Assembly: GCA_028534125.1 (NCBI GenBank) | Contig: CM052829.1 | Span: 310,001 to 374,000 of the forward strand | Direction of reading: 5' to 3' | Length of the DNA stretch: 64,000 nucleotides | From: Lama glama | Lineage: Eukaryota | Part shown: in pieces, positions 24,774 through 36,750 of the stretch | Numbering within the stretch: position 1 is the first letter of the stretch | Layout of the letters: the number at the start of each line of letters is the position of its first letter | The notes under the pieces: generated by a model | Databases searched by the model: none | Seen by the model: only the letters and a program-made list of their open reading frames with translations | Told to the model about the DNA's origin: nothing | Translations under genes and position numbers: made by a program

Positions 24774-25576
24774 CCCCTGTTGCTCAGGCTCACAGAGGAG
24801 GCGGGGGGCTGGGGTGGGGGGCTTCCTCTGGAGATACCACGGTGGCACCTGTGTCACTTCCCGGGCATAGGTCCCAGAGCCGCTGCCCCCAGCCCGCATC
24901 CTTCAGCTCTGCCGGGAGGCCGAGGTCCTGGCTTCCTCCCAGCTTGCAGCCATGGGCCTAGCGGGACGGGCGGGTCTCCCCGGTCCCCGCTCCCCATCTC
25001 CTGGAGCTGCCTTCCTGCACTCCCACCGCCGGCAAGGAGGCTGAGCAGCCCACCCGACCTCGCGCCGGGCTGGCGTTTGTGTAGCCTGCGACGGGGATGA
25101 GCTACTACAGAAATAAACACACACACACGAAGGACACAGCCTCCAATTTTATTATTCTGCTCAACAGATGTGAAATTATGCTTCAAACAGCAAAAGCAAA
25201 ACCAAAGTGAAAATGGGAAAATAGAGAAGAACTTGCGTGCTCTCGCAGCGGGCATCGAAGCGAACTTGCATGGAACCTGGGCCTCCCCGCGGTCGCAGCT
25301 CAGCAGGGCTCCGAGGAAGGTCGCACCTTCAACCCAGACGCCGGCCGAGGCGCGTTCCCACGGGACGGAGGAGCCTCCCCGTCGGGTCTGGGGACAGCAC
25401 CGCTGGCAGGCAGGCGGGACGCTCACTTTCCCGTGTTTTCTCTAGTAGCAGGCGTAGCGGAGGGGACAGTCCTGGCGGTGTGCTGATGGGACGGAAGGGG
25501 AGGGCTTCAGTAGGCTAGGGTGGCCACACCTTTATCCTCAATGACGCGATAGACTCTGTGTTGAAGCTGACCTCAA

Positions 25577-25654
25577 CCGAATTATAGTCAGTTTACAATG
25601 TTGTGTCAACTTCTGGACTACAATTCAATAAAAAATAAAAAGTAAAGGGAAAAA
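25577..25654 (+). mobile_element. 78-bp 5'-truncated, 5'-inverted L1 insertion with 13-bp TSD
   Basis: TSD AAGCTGACCTCAA at 25564-25576 and 25655-25667. The reverse complement of 25579-25616 is CCAGAAGTTGACACAACATTGTAAACTGACTATAATTC (artiodactyl-type L1 3' end). It is followed by sense GACTACAATTCAATAAAAAA and an A-rich tail. Confidence 0.85.
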
Positions 25655-27039
25655 AAGCTGACCTCAATCCTTCATGTGTAGCCAGTGCCAGTGATTCACA
25701 TTCAAGTTACAGTTAAGTCTAGACTAACCGAGGAGAAGGTAGGTTCCAGATGGCACAGATGTGGGGCTGCGACGCTGTGGTCCTGCTGCGTGAGGCACCT
25801 GGCGGCCAGAGTCCTCGGGTGCACTCTGGCCTGGTGGCGGGGGAGAGAGCCCCCAAGGAGGTGGCCTGCGAGGCCGAGGCTGGAGGCCGGCGTCGGGGCA
25901 GGAACCCAGGGCAGCAGGCAAGACCAGCCATCTCTTACCCCAGCACAGCCCCTCCCGGACTCTCCCAAGGCTTCCGTGGTGTGAAGTCATCTCAGGACCC
26001 GCTTCCTCACCTCCAGGTGGGCACGACCCCCGAGACCACCCAGACTTCAGGAGCCTGGAGAAGGAGCGGGGCGAGCCCCCGGCCCCCCCACGGCTCTGGG
26101 CACAGGCCCCTCCAGGGGCCTCTGGGTGGGGGCGGGGGCGGGGATCCAGCCTGCATCTGCGGTCCTGCCCCCCCACCCCCACGAGTGGCTTCTAAGTGCT
26201 TCATGGATGCTTATGAAGGAATATTTCAAAACAGCAAACTGAGTTTTGTTTTCTCTTAAGAATGAACCAGATCAGGCTCAAAAACATTCCTGCCTGGTCC
26301 AGAATTCAAAACCCAGGACACCGTACGGATCTAAGTTAGTCCCAAGGTGTCTTCCCCAAGGGAGGCGTGGGAAAGAGACCAGAACCTTGAGGCAGGAGGA
26401 GGAGCCCCGCCTCTCACCCTGAGCTCGGCCGAGGGCGGGGCGGACAGAGTGGGGGCGGGGGGGCACTGAGGGGTGCCCGGTTTCATCCTGCTCCAGGAGT
26501 CTGCCGGCTCTGGCCGGACCGGGCCCTCCCATGCTCCCTTCCAGGGTTCTCCTCTGCAGACCCTCCCGATTCTCCACCCTGCGCCGCAGCACCGCCTCCA
26601 TTCTCCCCCATCCCCTCTTCCCCTGGACACAGGAGGGGAGACCCCTGCCGCCCAGGGTCCACGGGCCCACAGTGGGGGTCTGTCTTGCCTTCGCACAGGG
26701 AGGGGTGGTGACTGCCCTGCGGGGCCATCAGGGTGACCCCCCCCCGGCAGAGAGCCCTTCCGGCTCTGACGCCGCCGGGCGTGGCCAGCTCCACGACCAC
26801 CCTGCAGCTGTGTCCGCAGCCCTCATTCCCTGACTGCCGACAGCCTGGGACGCCCTGCTCCGTCCCCCCGACAGCACGAGCTAAGCTGGGCGCCCGGGTT
26901 CACGAGCTGGAGTCTGGAGGAGGGCCCCTGTCATGTCTAAAGGGCACCTTCCTGATTTTTCTCCCTGACCCCGTCCCCACCCGCTCTGACTACGGGGCTG
27001 GGAGTTCTGGAGGACGAGCAGGTGGGTCAAGGCGCTCAT

Positions 27040-27140
27040 GGTCCCTGTCACTGAACTGCCAGTCCTGTGTCCTCCCCACAATGTGATTTTCCCATTTGCA
27101 AAATCGGAGTCAGAAGACTGAACAAGGTGTTCAAGTGACT
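27040..27140 (-). mobile_element. MIR remnant
   Basis: TTTTCCCATTTGCAAAATCGGAGTCAGAAGACTGAACAAGGTGTTCAAG resembles antisense MIR CCCATTTTACAGATGAGGAAACTGAGGCTCAGAGAGGTTAAGTAACTTGCCCAAG. Confidence 0.45.
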
Positions 27141-27714
27141 ATTCCTCCATCACAGTTCACCAAAGGGGAGTCGTTTTCAGAGCCCCAAAGCTCTCTAGGT
27201 AATTCCGTGTGGTTTGTTAGCCGACGATCCCGAAAGGTATTGAGAAGGTGCAGCCTGGACGTCAGAGCCGTCTCTGGACCACTGCGGAGTGAGACCTCCA
27301 CAGGGAAATCCTGCCCCAAAAGTGCCCCACGACTTGCACCCTCTTCTCAAAGTTTACCGAGATGAATAATGAAATAATGCTAATAACCCACAAATTGCTA
27401 AAATAGGATTTATCCCAAGGCAGGTGTTCAATAAAAAGCGATTTTAACTGGGAATCGGCTGTTCTGAAGGATAACAGTGTCTGCCTGACCACTCCAGGGA
27501 CAGCAGTGGAGGGCAGCTTGATCCTGAAGCTCTGAACAAAGGCCAGAGTCACGCCTGGTCTGCTCTGCACGACCTTGGCCACCAGGACCAGGTTACGGCC
27601 GGAAGCAGGAGTCAATGCAGACTGGCCGTCCAGGGGGCTTGACTCGAGCAGGCTGGCCACTGGGAGGTGCCGACAACCGCCCACATGTCTGCAGTCGTCG
27701 TAGGTTCTGTGTTT

Positions 27715-28088
27715 TATACATGGGCACGTGTGTGTAAATACACACCTGGGCATGGGGTGTGTGTAAACGTGTTTATGAACGATGCATGTAAATGTGTGTG
27801 AACTTGCGCAACGTGTGTTGTGTGTAAACATGTGTCATGTGTGAATGTGTGTCACGTGTGCCAGCATGCATCATGTGCAAACACGTGTCGTGTGTGAACG
27901 TGTTATGCATGTGGCTGTGTGTCATGTGTAAATGTGTCTTGCGTGACGTGTGTTGTGTGTGTAAATGTGTGTCCCATGTAAACACGTGTCATGCCTGTGA
28001 TTGTGTGCTGTGAACATGTGTTGTGTGTGAATTCACGCCATGCATATAAATACATGTCATGTGAGTGAATGTGTGTTTCATGTATGTT
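27715..28088. repeat. Degenerate (TG)n / alternating purine-pyrimidine low-complexity tract
   Basis: About 370 bp of TGTG/CATG/CACG/TAAA units. Confidence 0.9.
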
Positions 28089-28984
28089 GGGGGGGTCCCG
28101 TAGTGTGTGACTGGGGACTCACCGGCTGAAGTGAGCAGTGTGTGGAAGGAGTTGGGAGATGGACGGGAGCCGTTTCTCGGAGACAATCTGAGGGGATCTT
28201 CCTGAGACCCTGAAACACCCCTCCGATGTCAGACGTTTGGTCTCCAACCAAGACAGCCCAGGGGACGGGGCGCCAGGCGAGCTCCTCCCGCCTTCCCTCC
28301 CTCCACGCCTCCCCAAGTCTGACGGTCTTAACCCAGGGTCCGGGAGCAACTAAGCCCAGCGGGGTTCTTTGTACCCAGCTCTGACGGGCCCTGACCCCTC
28401 CCGATGGCCCTGCAGTCACGGCCCGGGGGGCAGACGGGAGCAGAGCTGAGGGGAGCCTGCGGCCGCTCCCCACCGCCAGCCTCCAAAGGGACACATAGGC
28501 TCCCGGGGCGGGCGCTGCGTTGTGGTTTAGTGGGACGGTCGTCATTGCTGCTGCATTAATGCTGGTTGCCGATCAGAAACACGTTTCTTGAGGTTTTTCT
28601 GGCCAAAGAAGTATGTCTGGCTATACGGTGGCCAGCCTTCCATCCATCGCGTTTAATAACCAGTCGGTCTGCCTTGAGCAATGGCCAACAGGCCTTTAAA
28701 GCCAAAGGAAAGCGTGTTTCGAGCAGCTGTTGAGATGGTACCCGGTTAGCTTGGGGCTGCGGCTCCTCCCGTTGGCCCGGTTCTGGGGGCTGACTCGATG
28801 CCACGTTGATCTCAAGCCCTGAGGGGGCCTCACAGCCTCTGCAACTGTGATGTGTGCGTGTCAAAGAGCCACACAGAAAGACTGAGCACCACCAGACATC
28901 ACAGGAGTCGTGTTCAGCCCGCGCAGCGCACACCAGAGGGCGAAGACCGGAGGCCGCCACACCGGGGGCCAGTGGGCCGGGCAG

Positions 28985-29600
28985 CCCTCATGCACACCGA
29001 GGACACAAGATGGTGCAAACACTGTGGAAGACGTTTGCCTGTGCCTCAGCATGTTGACATGTGTCTCCCATGTGACCCAGTCACTTGCTCCCGGTATCCA
29101 CCCGAAAGGAATTTAAGTGTTTGTCTGTGAAAGTGTTTGTGTATAAACACAGCACTCTCACCTGTAGTAGCTAAACACTGACACACCCCAGTGTCCAGGA
29201 CACGCGCATGCGTGGACAGGTGTGCAATCCACGCCAGGGAACTCTACTCAGCGCACAGAGGAATCAGCCACGGTGCGATGAGGGAACAGCATCCCTCAGT
29301 GGCATTAAGCCGAGCGAAGTCAGGCAGGGAGAGGGCACGCTGCCTGGTTCCACCTGCATCCGCGTCTGTGGAGGGCAAAGTGAAGTGACTCATGGTGACA
29401 GCACAGAGACGGTGGGGGGTGGCCTGGGGGAGTGGGCGGAGGACGGAGGAAGGACAGAGGGAGCCTTGTGGGTAGCGTGCAGGTTCAGCCTGCAGGTTGT
29501 GCTGTTGAAGTCACAGGTGCAGCGTTTGTCGAAACTCATCAAATTATACACTTTGAGTAAGTCTGGTTGTTGTCCATCATGTTAAACGCCCTAAAACTGC
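28985..29600 (+). mobile_element. Degraded L1M (L1MC/ME-like) ORF2 end and 3' UTR
   Basis: GATGGTGCAAACACTGTGGAAGACGTTTG...CCATGTGACCCAGTCACTTGCTCCCGGTATCCACCCGAAAGGAA and the terminal TTTGTCGAAACTCATCAAATTATACACTTT match L1M 3' motifs. Confidence 0.8.
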
Positions 29601-30089
29601 CTTCAGAAGTGACTGTCGTGGAGCTGGGACAGTGAGCTCGAGCTGCTTGCTGGGAGTCAGGCAGAGAGCACGCGGAGCATCGGGCTCAACCGTAAAGCCG
29701 CGGCTGGAGCCTGGACCGTCTCGGTGCAGCCTCGCGCTGGACTCGTCTGGCCTCGGCCAGCTGGTCACGGAGCTTCTGAGTGCCCTAGGAAATCCAGGAC
29801 TAACTGAGCTCCAGAAAGCAGCCTTCAGACCTGCTGCAGTTCTCTCTCCAGACCTGGTCTCTGTCTGGGCTGCCGCTGTGTTCCCTCCGTGGGCCCCCGT
29901 AGGCCTGTCTGTGGAGCGCACCTCGCCGGCGAGCATCCCTGGGTGGGGGCAGAACAGGGCCCCTGGCCCTCGAGGGAGCCAACAAGCAGGGACTCCTGGT
30001 GGGGGCCTGACCGGGGGCCCGAGAGGCTGTGAGATGGGGTACAGTTCCAGGGCCTCTCTAGGAGGCTGAGAGACAGTATTCGCTGCGGT

Positions 30090-30412
30090 GGGGGCTGCAG
30101 TTTCCCCCAGATGCTGTAAGGAATGCCACCAATCGGGTGTAAACAACAGGAATGCACCCTCTCAGTCTGGGTGTCCGTCTCCGGGCATCGGTGTCCCCAG
30201 CCAGATGAGCGGTTCTCCAGCTTGTGATGCGTCTCCTGGCCCCTCCTCGGTGTCTGTCTCCCCTCTTGTAAGGACACCAGCCCTCGGGTTAGGCCCACTT
30301 ACTCCATGGTGGCCTCACTGGACTACTTACACCCATGATGCCTGATTTCCAGATACGGAGCGAGCTGAGGTTCCGGGGATAAGCTGAATTTGGGGGATGC
30401 TGTCCAGCCATG
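30090..30412 (-). mobile_element. MLT1-family (ERVL-MaLR) solo LTR
   Basis: AGTTTCCCCCAGATGCTGTAAGGAATGCCACCAATCGGGTGTAAACAACAGGAATGCACCCTCTCAGTCTGG...CTCTTGTAAGGACACCAG...TGAATTTGGGGGATGCTGTCCAGCC matches the reverse orientation of an MLT1 LTR. Confidence 0.8.
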
Positions 30413-32689
30413 GGTGGCCCTGATTTTCTTCCAGGTCCCAGGCCTTCGCAGTTCCCTGTGGCCTGGTCTGACCCATGTCGAAGGTGTGAGCAGGCCAGAC
30501 TCAGTCACTGACGGCCAGGATGTCCAGTGCAGGGCCCAGCAGCCCGGCGGCCCCGGGGAAGGTGCCCTGCAGGGGTGGAAGCCTCTAGGTTCCCTGCAGC
30601 AGGGTGGGCCGAGGAGATCTGAGCAAACACTCAGCCCTGACTGAGGCTGTTGAGGCCTGTGACTCAGGCTGGGCAGAGGACTCAGAGCAGGGCTTCCCGC
30701 TGGGTCCCGGCATGTCCAGGGCCAAAAGGCCCAGTGAGGACTTTGCTGGAAGGGGTAGGGCAGGGGCGCTCAGACAGCACCCACCCCAAGGGCACAGGGT
30801 GTAAGTGCGTGGGGGCCGTTCCCCCCCGGGGCCCTGTTCCCAGAGCCGAGTTCCTGATGGGGCGCCTCCGTGTGCGCTGGGGCAGGTGATGGTGCACGGG
30901 ACGTGTCCTTGGGGTAAGTGAGCACTTCCACACTGGTGAAGAGCTCAGGAGCCACAAGAGAGCAGACTGGCGGCACCACCGCTCCCAGCGCTGCCTCATG
31001 CCACACGCCTCTGCAGCGCCTTCTACGGCAGCGGTATCTGAGCAAGGCCCTCCGTTTCCAGGGGTCCTCTGCCTGGACACAGACCCCAGCAGCAGAGGGC
31101 ACTGTCGGCCGGGACCAACTGTGGCTCCTGCAAGCTGGGGCGTCCGCAGCCACAGGAAAGGCACCTTCCCAGGTGTGGTCTCCGCACGCATGGATGGGTA
31201 CACCGGGCCTGGTCCTCCGTGTGGCCCGTGGTGGCGCCAGCCCCCAGGGAGGCCGCAGTTTAGGGGCTGGGTCAGCTGCGGGGGGTGCCCCGCAGCCCTC
31301 CTCCGCAGTCAATGGCAAGACCCTCTCCCGATGGGAGAGGCAGCTCGCAGGACAGCAGAGCTGGGAGGACCAGCTGTGACGAATCTCCTTGGGATTCCCC
31401 ACAGAGGGTTTCAGATCAAAGGAAAGAGTGTGACAAACCGTGATGTCCCCCTGAGTAAGCGAGGGAGAGGGCAGCAGGGGCGTGAGGAAGATGGGGGCCC
31501 AGTCTTCTCAGCAGGGCCCCTGAGCCGCCCTCTTCTCTGGTGGGAGGCCTCCAGAGAGCGCTGTCCAAGTGTGTCTAGGGAAGGAGTGCCACCCTGACCT
31601 TCCTGAGCGTCCGCAAGTTCCTGGGTGGGGCCCTGCGGGCCGGAAGGGACCGTGTAGGACAGGATGGGGGGCCCTGCCTGGCCTGCCCTGTGGACTTGGG
31701 TTTGGTGGGACCGGAAGGCTGATGACGGTTTGGTGGAAGGAACCAAGTGATGAGGACTTCGTGGGCTGAGGAGGCAGCACAGCGAGAACTGGCTGCAGTG
31801 CCCCAGCATTCCGGCCATGCCCAGGCCATCCATCCTCCTGAGCACTCACAGAGCAGCCCTCGCCCCGCACCGGGCAGCAGGCTTACCGGAGCCCCTCCTC
31901 CCCTCGTTAGAGCTTGGGCCGCAGCAGCCCCTTCCCGATGCAGCGGCTGCATTCCTGTGTGGTGCTCCACAGGGCAGCCAGGCTCCGGCGGCTCTGGCCC
32001 AGGGAAGTCCTCCTGCTTCCGGTGTTCCCAGCAAGACCACTTCTGGGAGCGACAGCACCCAGCCCCACGGTGGGCCTCAGCCTGGCTGCCAGGGCCGCAA
32101 GGCCGCAGGGGTTAACGGGCCATGACTTGGACAAACAGAGACGGCACAGAGGCCGGCGAGGGTATGACGGAGCCAACAGGCACATTAGCAGCTGCTGGAG
32201 GAGGGAGCTCTCCCATCAGCCAGAGGTGACGACACGCAGGTAGTGGCTCATGCAGAAGCGCAGCTGAGCACATGCAGGGTCCTCACCCCGTCGTGACACC
32301 TAGAGATGCCACGTAGGCCGGCACTCCACGTGGGCCTCACGGACAGAACTCCTTAGCCCAGGTTCTGGGGGCAGGCATGGTGCCCTGTCTCACAGTGCAG
32401 GAGGGTCCTTGCGGGCACTGATGTTGGCCCGATTCCAGCCAGGCTCTCAGCCCGGCTCTGGATTCACCTGCCCAGGTCGGGGCCTGTCCACCTGCTCTTC
32501 TGTTTAAACCCCCAACAGTCACAGGAGAAAGGGGTCTCTCTGGAAGGGCGGAGGCTTCATGTGGTTTGTTGATGGGTGGTCCTGGCTGGAGGTGGCTCTG
32601 CTGCCGATTCCAAATGCTCACGTGTTAGAATGTCACAGCGTCACCCCCTAAGGACCCTGGAAACACAGCAGAGACAGAAAGTGTCTCAG

Positions 32690-32913
32690 CTACAAATACA
32701 CTCACCCATATGCTCACGCACACTCAGACGCACCCACCCCCAGACACATACACAGACACTCAGACACACACGCAGACACTCTCAGACACAGACACACACA
32801 TTCACACACTCAGACACCCAGACACACACACACACTCAGACACACCCACCCTCAGACACACCCACCCTCAGACACATAGACGCCTCACACACACACTCAC
32901 ACACACACACACA
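32690..32913. repeat. Degenerate (CA)n / CACACTCAGA low-complexity repeat
   Basis: CA-rich tract repeatedly interrupted by CAGAC. Confidence 0.9.
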
Positions 32914-35900
32914 GGGGACTAGAAAAGGAAGCAAACAGACCAGGCGTCCCAGGCACAGCACACGCACACGTGGCCACCCTTCTGGGGAGAGTGTGCGTGG
33001 GGACCTCTGCAGTCCTCGCCTCCAGGAAGGTCAACACCCGGAGCAGACTGCAGGGCTTGGAGCGTCTAAGGCCCCTTGAAGGCCTTGCTGTGTCGGGAGC
33101 TGAGCCCAAGCGCTGGGGCCGCAGGTCCGCCTGCAGGTCTAGGCCGGATCCAGGTGCTGCCCCCCAGCCCCATCCTGGTCTCATCCCAAGACCACCGCAC
33201 GTGGTGGGGACCTTGCGGTCTAAACCCAGTTGTGCTGACGGGTGGACGCCTCTCCCCTGGGCAATCCAGCAAACTCACTGGCTCGCTCCTTCTGCTCCGC
33301 AGGCCTGTGACCCCCTGCCCCTCCCAGGGCCAGGCCTCTGACCTGCTCGCAGCTGCAGACCGTCAGGGACCAGCCTGGGCCCAGAGGGCGGGAGACGCTC
33401 AGAGTGTCGGGGGGGTGAGCTCTGGGGGCGGCTGCCCTCCTAGTGCCGCCGCTCTGTGGCCAGGCGGGCAGTGCCCTGTGTTCCCAGAGGGGAGGGGCCC
33501 CTGTGGGTTCTCTCCAGGCCTGTTGGCCAGCAAGAAGGAGCTGTGAGGGAGCGGCAGAGAGCAGAGTAGAAGCTGGAAGACAAGGGCCCGGGACGGGCGG
33601 ACGTCAGACGTCCCCAGTGCTGCTTGCTCTGGGGGGCACCACGCGGTCCTTTTGAGCCTCAAGAGCCAGGAGAGGTTGGGGGTGTGGCCAGAGGGCCCCC
33701 CCGGCCTGGAACTGCTCGGGCCCCGTCTCCCATGACTTCACTCCGAGCAAACCCTGGATTTTCACAGGAGGGTGTGTGGTTCTGAGCCCGAGTCCTCGGA
33801 CGCCTGCTGGGCTGAGTGCTTGAGAAGCCGCCTCGTGCTCCTGTGTGTCCGCCAAGCCCCTCAGGGGCACATCCCCGGGGGTGGAGGCCGGCCAGGAGGT
33901 CCACATGCAGCAGTGTCGCTGTGGAACGTGGCCCGTCGCGGGCAGAGAAGGGTCCTGGGGCCCATGTGCACCAGGAGGGCTGAGGCTGGGGCTCACTGGT
34001 GACCCCACAGCCTGGCCTTAATGGGGAACCCACCACTATCCCCAAACTGCCCAGCAGAGAGAGGGGCCATGGGTGGGGTCCAGGCCTGTGGCATCGAGAG
34101 GCCCAGGGGCCTGAGGGGTTTGGTCCCAGTGTGGCTGTACTCTGCGAGCTCCATGCCCCCAGCCCGGGCCCCCGGGTGTTTGCTCAGCTGTGGTGGACAT
34201 TGAGGGTGGGACGCTGGGATTACAGGCCCCCAGAGGCCGAGGACAGACCATAAAACATGGCAGGCACCTCCCCTTTCCCAGGTTCTTCCCTGGGCCTCAC
34301 AGTGGCTCTCTGGGGCCTGGCAGGAGAGGATGGACGAGCTGTCTGCCCTGCAGCAGGTTGGGGGTCGAGGGCTGCCCTGCTCAGCCCCCCACTGGGGAGG
34401 GGCTCGAGCAGAAGGAAGATCACTCAAGTCCCCAGGCCCCAGTCCTCAGCCCGCTGTCGTCAGCTGGCAGATTTACGAGGATGGCTGTAGCGAGGGGGAG
34501 CCTCCCTGCCAGAGAGGGACCGGCTGACCGCTCGTCCAGGAGGGGAAGGGCCAGCCGGGGGCTGCTCCCATCCACCCTCTTCACCTAGCCCGATTTTCTT
34601 TCTGGGTCTTTGTCCTGGGGCCCCGTCAGCCCCTCACCCCTGGCCAGGGTCAGCAGGGCCACCCTGGGGAGCCTCTCCTGCCGTCCCGCGGCCGCTGGCC
34701 AGCCGTGCAGGAAGGCTGTGCTGTTTCTGCCCCATCTGGCTGGGGCAGCTCTATGAGTCTTGGCTGAGTGACCGTCCCTGTCTCCACTGCCCCAGTGTCC
34801 AACCCATGGTCGCCTCTGGCTGGCTCATCCCCCTTCTCAAGTGAGAGCAGCCTTGGCTTTCAGGGGACCCAGCGTGCCCTCCCCTGCCCACCACCAGCCC
34901 ATACTGAAGTGCTCCCTGCACGGCTCTGCACCAGAGGCTGGGGCCGGTGAAGTCGAAAGAACGTTGGGCTGGCCTGAAACCTGGAGGGCACAGCTGTTCC
35001 GGTGCCCAGACACTCCTCTCGGGCCGTATGGTGGCAGCTCTGCCCACAAGCTCGACCTGCAGATGAGCCTGAGTCTGAGGACGGGGGGCTGTCGGCATCA
35101 CCAGCAGAAGTTTCTGCAGTGAAGTGGGGCCAGCAGCACCCACTCTGCAGGGTGTATTCAGAATTGAAGACACAGTGACAGTTGCTCCACTGCTGACAAG
35201 GGGAGCTGGGACCACGGCTACCTCGCCGGCTGCTCCTGTCCTGACCCAGAGGCTCTTGGCCACCCTCAGGGCCTCCTCCCCCCCACCCCTCCCCCGACCC
35301 GAGAGTGAGCTGTGCTCCTGATGACAGAGGAAGAAGACTTAGCGGCCTCAGGCGACGGTGGGTTGTGTGCGGCCGAGGGGTCCCGCTGCGCCTCAGGCTG
35401 GCCCCACGGGCGGAAACCATTCTGCCAAGAGCAGGTTGGGAACATTAATGCAGTTTTGGCAACTTAAACACTTGTCTTATTTTAAGTAACTTATGCTTGA
35501 TTTTTTATATTATACAAACAAATAAATTAGCATAAAAAAAGAAAGAAATCCCAAAAGGGTTAAAATGGGAAGTGAGTGCTCCCCACCAGGCACGCCGCCC
35601 CAGCCTAGGGCGTGGGGTTGTGGTGAGCGTGGCCCTGCTGGGACGAGGGCGGCCCCCCGGTGTGCTCCCCACCGCAGCCCAGCCGGGACGCTCTGCGCCC
35701 CTCCCGTCGGAGGTGCCTCAGGGGGCTTCCAGCTAGGTTCTGGGATAGGAACCAGCATGTGGGTCTAAGGGCATCAGCCTCCGGTGCAGGGTTGTCCGAC
35801 TTCCTCTCTCTGTGGCCAGCAGACAGGACAGTCTAATTGTGCTTCGAGCAGAACTCCCGGGAGGTTCTGACCTCACGTGCAGTGGCGGGAGGATGCTGTG

Positions 35901-36629
35901 GGCCAGGGGAGGCAGGAGGGCGGGGTGTGGACAGTACGATGATGTGTAGACAAATCTCAAATCTCCAGTTCTGCCCAAAGAGGGGCAGGTCACACCTACC
36001 TGCCCTCCATGTCAAGTCTGGACGGACTTCCTCAGAGCTTGTGGTCCCAGGCCAAGGCCGCCACCAACCTGGGATGAGATCCCGTCCCCTTGCCTAGTGC
36101 TCTGTGCAGTCCTGACTTCACCACTAGCTTGCTTCGCGGCTGTGGATACACCCCTTGTCTCCTCGGTGGCCTCCTCCGGACGCCGGACGGTAACCGTGAA
36201 GTCGTGTGTGGTCCTGCGCCCCCGGAGCTCTGGGGAGTAACGGTGGGCACGCACCACGTCAGCGCACGGCTGCCCTCGGGTGTGGTAGCTGTCGCCGCAT
36301 GTTTTCCAGTCACCCAGGTAACACCCGCCACCTGCTAAAGGGAATCAGCCAACAGTTCACAGCTCCGAGCCTCAGTCGTAAGACGGCAACAACAGGGCCT
36401 TCTCGGGTGAAACGACAAGTGGACTCCCGCCTGGAGCAGCACACATGTGCTCGGTGCCTTGTAGCTTATTATCTTCCAAGGTTGCCGAAATCCTCGGAGG
36501 GAGGGAGATAGAAATGAGGTGCTTCTGTCAGGTTTCAAAACTATTTTCTACTTTGCTTCGCGTGCCCTGAATCTGGCGTCACAGAGACAAGCGTGGACTG
36601 TATGAGCTGCTCATGCTGTGCGTTTAACC

Positions 36630-36750
36630 CGCCAGAGACTGAATGTATCTTTAATCCAAAGTGAAGATTAATTAGTGTTTTCACACCAGCTCTAAGAAGT
36701 ACATGGCAGAGATCTGCACAGATCTTGATTATTTATAAGGGGTTATCTGC
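36630..36750. promoter_or_regulatory. Candidate conserved non-coding element (homeodomain/GATA motifs)
   Basis: TAATCC (36652-36657), GATTAATTAG (36666-36675), GATTATTTATAA and TTATCT (36743-36748) in an AT-rich island. Confidence 0.35.

Noticed and set aside
23969-24961. ORFs of 179-330 aa on both strands
   Set aside because: They span the N gap; the flanking translations have no recognisable domain.
28600-28620. AAAGAAGTATGT matches the 3' half of miR-1; GGAATGTAAG at ~51291 resembles the miR-1/206 seed
   Set aside because: Each is only a partial match and neither lies in a complementary hairpin; no miR-133 found.
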